This document shows positions 36,799-38,535 of a stretch of 38,535 nucleotides of DNA, piece by piece. Position 1 is the stretch's first letter; each line of letters opens with the position of its first letter. Below the pieces are notes generated by a model that saw only the letters and a list, made by a program, of their open reading frames with translations, did no database searches and was not told the origin of the DNA. The stretch comes from an uncultured Erysipelotrichaceae bacterium (GTDB lineage Bacteria > Bacillota_I > Bacilli_A > RF39 > UBA660). Made by a program: the position numbers and the translations under genes. Location: NCBI GenBank assembly GCA_902793315.1, contig CADBCT010000006.1:1-38535 (forward strand), written 5' to 3'.

Positions 36799-37371
36799 GT
36801 GGTAGTAGTGTTAAAGACTAAAGACATATTAGATGAAAAAGACAAAAGACTTAGACTTATTAGTAAAGAAGTAAAATTTCCTTTAACTAAAAAAGATAAA
36901 GATTTAATTGATACAATGATTAAGTATTTACACGATAGTCAAATTGATGAATTAGCTGAAAAATATGATTTAAGACCAGGTATGGGAATGAGTGCTATTC
37001 AATTAGGTGTTCCAAAAAGATATTTTGTAGTTGTTAATGAGATTACTGAAGAAGATGATGAAGAACAGAAATTTGATACATATATTTTAATTAATCCAAA
37101 AATAATTAGTAATTCAATGGAACAAATCTATGTTGATGAAGGAGAAGGCTGTCTAAGTGTTAATAGACCAGTAGAAGGTATAGTACCTAGATATGCTAGA
37201 GTTACTATGGAAGCATATGATATAGAAGGTAGAAAAATTCATATTAGAGGGCGTGAAGAATTAGCTATTTGTTTTCAACATGAGTTAGATCATTTAAATG
37301 GTATTTTATTTACTGATCATATTGATCCTAAAAATCCATTTAAAGGGAAAGACCAAATGAGAGGAATTTAA
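36799..37371 (+). CDS. def: peptide deformylase
   Basis: GMGMSAIQLG, EGCLS and QHELDH are the three Def motifs. The start is either GTG 36799 or, with better spacing to GAGG, GTG 36808. Confidence 0.93.
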   Translation: MVVVLKTKDILDEKDKRLRLISKEVKFPLTKKDKDLIDTMIKYLHDSQIDELAEKYDLRPGMGMSAIQLGVPKRYFVVVNEITEEDDEEQKFDTYILINPKIISNSMEQIYVDEGEGCLSVNRPVEGIVPRYARVTMEAYDIEGRKIHIRGREELAICFQHELDHLNGILFTDHIDPKNPFKGKDQMRGI

Positions 37372-37400
37372 AAAGAGAAGTTATCTTCTCTTTTTCTTTT
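37371..37400. terminator. bidirectional terminator hairpin between the convergent def and carboxypeptidase genes
   Basis: AAAAGAGAAG-TTAT-CTTCTCTTTT is flanked by A and T tracts. It overlaps the carboxypeptidase stop codon. Confidence 0.55.
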
Positions 37401-38535
37401 TAACTTTAATTTTTATTTTCTTTTGTTTCTTCTTGCTAAATATGATTACTAATAATAGTAAGACTATTCCTACTAATAATTTATGATCTAATAAATATTT
37501 TACTATTGAAAACTTAGGTTTATCTTTTAAGATAATGTCTACTGTTGCTAATTTATCTTTATCATAATAAATATCTACTTTACCCAACTTTTCCCCTTTT
37601 TTATTTTTTCTAGTAATAAGTTTAATACCAGTATACTTATATTTTAAATTATTTTTATCAAAGTCATTTTCCAGATACATATTAATATTCTTATCGCCAG
37701 TAAAATCTATTGTATCTTCTTTTAAATACTTAGTTGGTAATGTTACTAAAATATCTTTTTTATTAACCACTTCTGTATAATCAAAATTATCTCTTACATA
37801 TTCATATACTTCTTTATGATCTAAAAAATTACCCAGTTTATCTTCAGCTCCAGCAGTAACTAAAATAAAATCAGTATCATCATAATTAGCTAATGTAGCA
37901 AGACAAAGACCAGCATCACCTGTAGTACCTGTTTTTCCACCTTTAATATATTCTATATCTAGTGTTGAAGCTTTAGATAAAGTGCTTGTAAAAGTCATAC
38001 TTCCATCACTAATGGTATATTTAGAAGTAGTGATTATCTTTTTAAACTCTTCATTTTTTAATGCATATTTAAATACTTTTAAAACATCTTTAACTGTAGA
38101 ATAATGATTAGAATCATCTAAACCAGTGGAATTAGCATAATGAGTATTTTCTAATTTTAATTCTTTTGCTTTGTCATTCATTAAATCAATAAATTTATCA
38201 TTAGAACCAGATATATTACTAGTTAGAGCTTGAGCTGCATCTGCTCCACTTGGTAACATTAAACCATATAATAAATCTCTATATGTTACTTCTTGTCCTA
38301 TTCTAAATCCTGCTACCGAAGCATTAGCTTCTGCTAATCCTTTAAAGTCTGTTCTAGTTAAAGTTACTTTTTCATCTAAATCTTTGATATTTTCTAAAGC
38401 TACTATTGCCGTAGTTATCTTAGTAAGAGATGCAATACTTACTTTGTCAGTACTATTTTTTTCATACATAACTTTATCTTCTTTAGTATTATAAAGAATA
38501 GCATTCTTAGAATAAATATCAAAATCCAATGAATA
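37381..38535 (-). CDS. D-alanyl-D-alanine carboxypeptidase (low-MW PBP, S11 family), N-terminus outside the window; C-terminal TM anchor and Lys-rich tail
   Basis: SIASLTKITT (SxxK), LPSGADAA (SxN-type position) and KGGKTGTTGDAG (KTG) are seen. The track start is a TTG 6 nt from the window edge, and no signal peptide is visible, so the ORF probably continues upstream. Confidence 0.85.
   Translation of the reverse strand, partial: YSLDFDIYSKNAILYNTKEDKVMYEKNSTDKVSIASLTKITTAIVALENIKDLDEKVTLTRTDFKGLAEANASVAGFRIGQEVTYRDLLYGLMLPSGADAAQALTSNISGSNDKFIDLMNDKAKELKLENTHYANSTGLDDSNHYSTVKDVLKVFKYALKNEEFKKIITTSKYTISDGSMTFTSTLSKASTLDIEYIKGGKTGTTGDAGLCLATLANYDDTDFILVTAGAEDKLGNFLDHKEVYEYVRDNFDYTEVVNKKDILVTLPTKYLKEDTIDFTGDKNINMYLENDFDKNNLKYKYTGIKLITRKNKKGEKLGKVDIYYDKDKLATVDIILKDKPKFSIVKYLLDHKLLVGIVLLLLVIIFSKKKQKKIKIKVKKKKRR

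Noticed and set aside
1-38535. Genetic code 4 (Mollicutes-like), suggested by the extreme AT content
   Set aside because: TGA terminates several well-supported genes (3101, 19547, 23323), and all conserved genes are intact under code 11.
1-38535. CRISPR arrays, tRNA/rRNA genes, IS elements, integrases and prophage structural genes
   Set aside because: I found no regularly spaced direct repeats. No GC-richer ~75-nt intergenic block exists other than the T-box leader. No ORF carries transposase or recombinase motifs, and intergenic regions are short.

Overview
Very AT-rich, low-GC Bacillota-type chromosomal segment. It uses the standard genetic code: TGA acts as a stop in the ATGA overlaps at 3101 and 19547. 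Almost all coding capacity is on the minus strand. The housekeeping backbone is ftsK (partial), efp, rpmG, a class B PBP, nfo, two prepilin-type proteins, a GHL10 hydrolase, a DUF421 protein, the trmK-sigA-dnaG block, a threonine T-box leader in front of an unknown ORF plus a TGS-less thrS, an M23 peptidase, an RNB ribonuclease coupled to dnaI, comEA-comEC, a DHH phosphoesterase, a SEDS protein, def and a partial D-Ala-D-Ala carboxypeptidase. I recognised no rRNA, tRNA, CRISPR array, transposase or integrase. The most unusual structure lies directly downstream of comEC (about 24.3-32.0 kb). The last ~190 codons of comEC occur three times: the resident copy, an intact displaced 196-codon copy, and a 126-nt remnant. 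Both displaced copies start with the same ~30-nt junction sequence, and each of the two full-length copies is followed by its own cargo set closed by a terminator. The cargo sets are dinD plus a 102-aa ORF, then a decayed YhcG-type nuclease plus a RelA/SpoT-type HD hydrolase. The remnant is followed by a promoter-driven transglutaminase-like gene with a 72-aa partner, a 168-aa ORF with an ADP-ribosylglycohydrolase, and a YxjI-like protein. I read this as serial accretion, with no recombinase in view, of cargo modules that each bring a replacement comEC 3' end. Other points of interest are an A-B-A-B array of four small two-TM proteins next to ftsK, three genes whose only plausible start codon is AUU or AUC, an orphan radical SAM gene, and an orphan prepilin pair.
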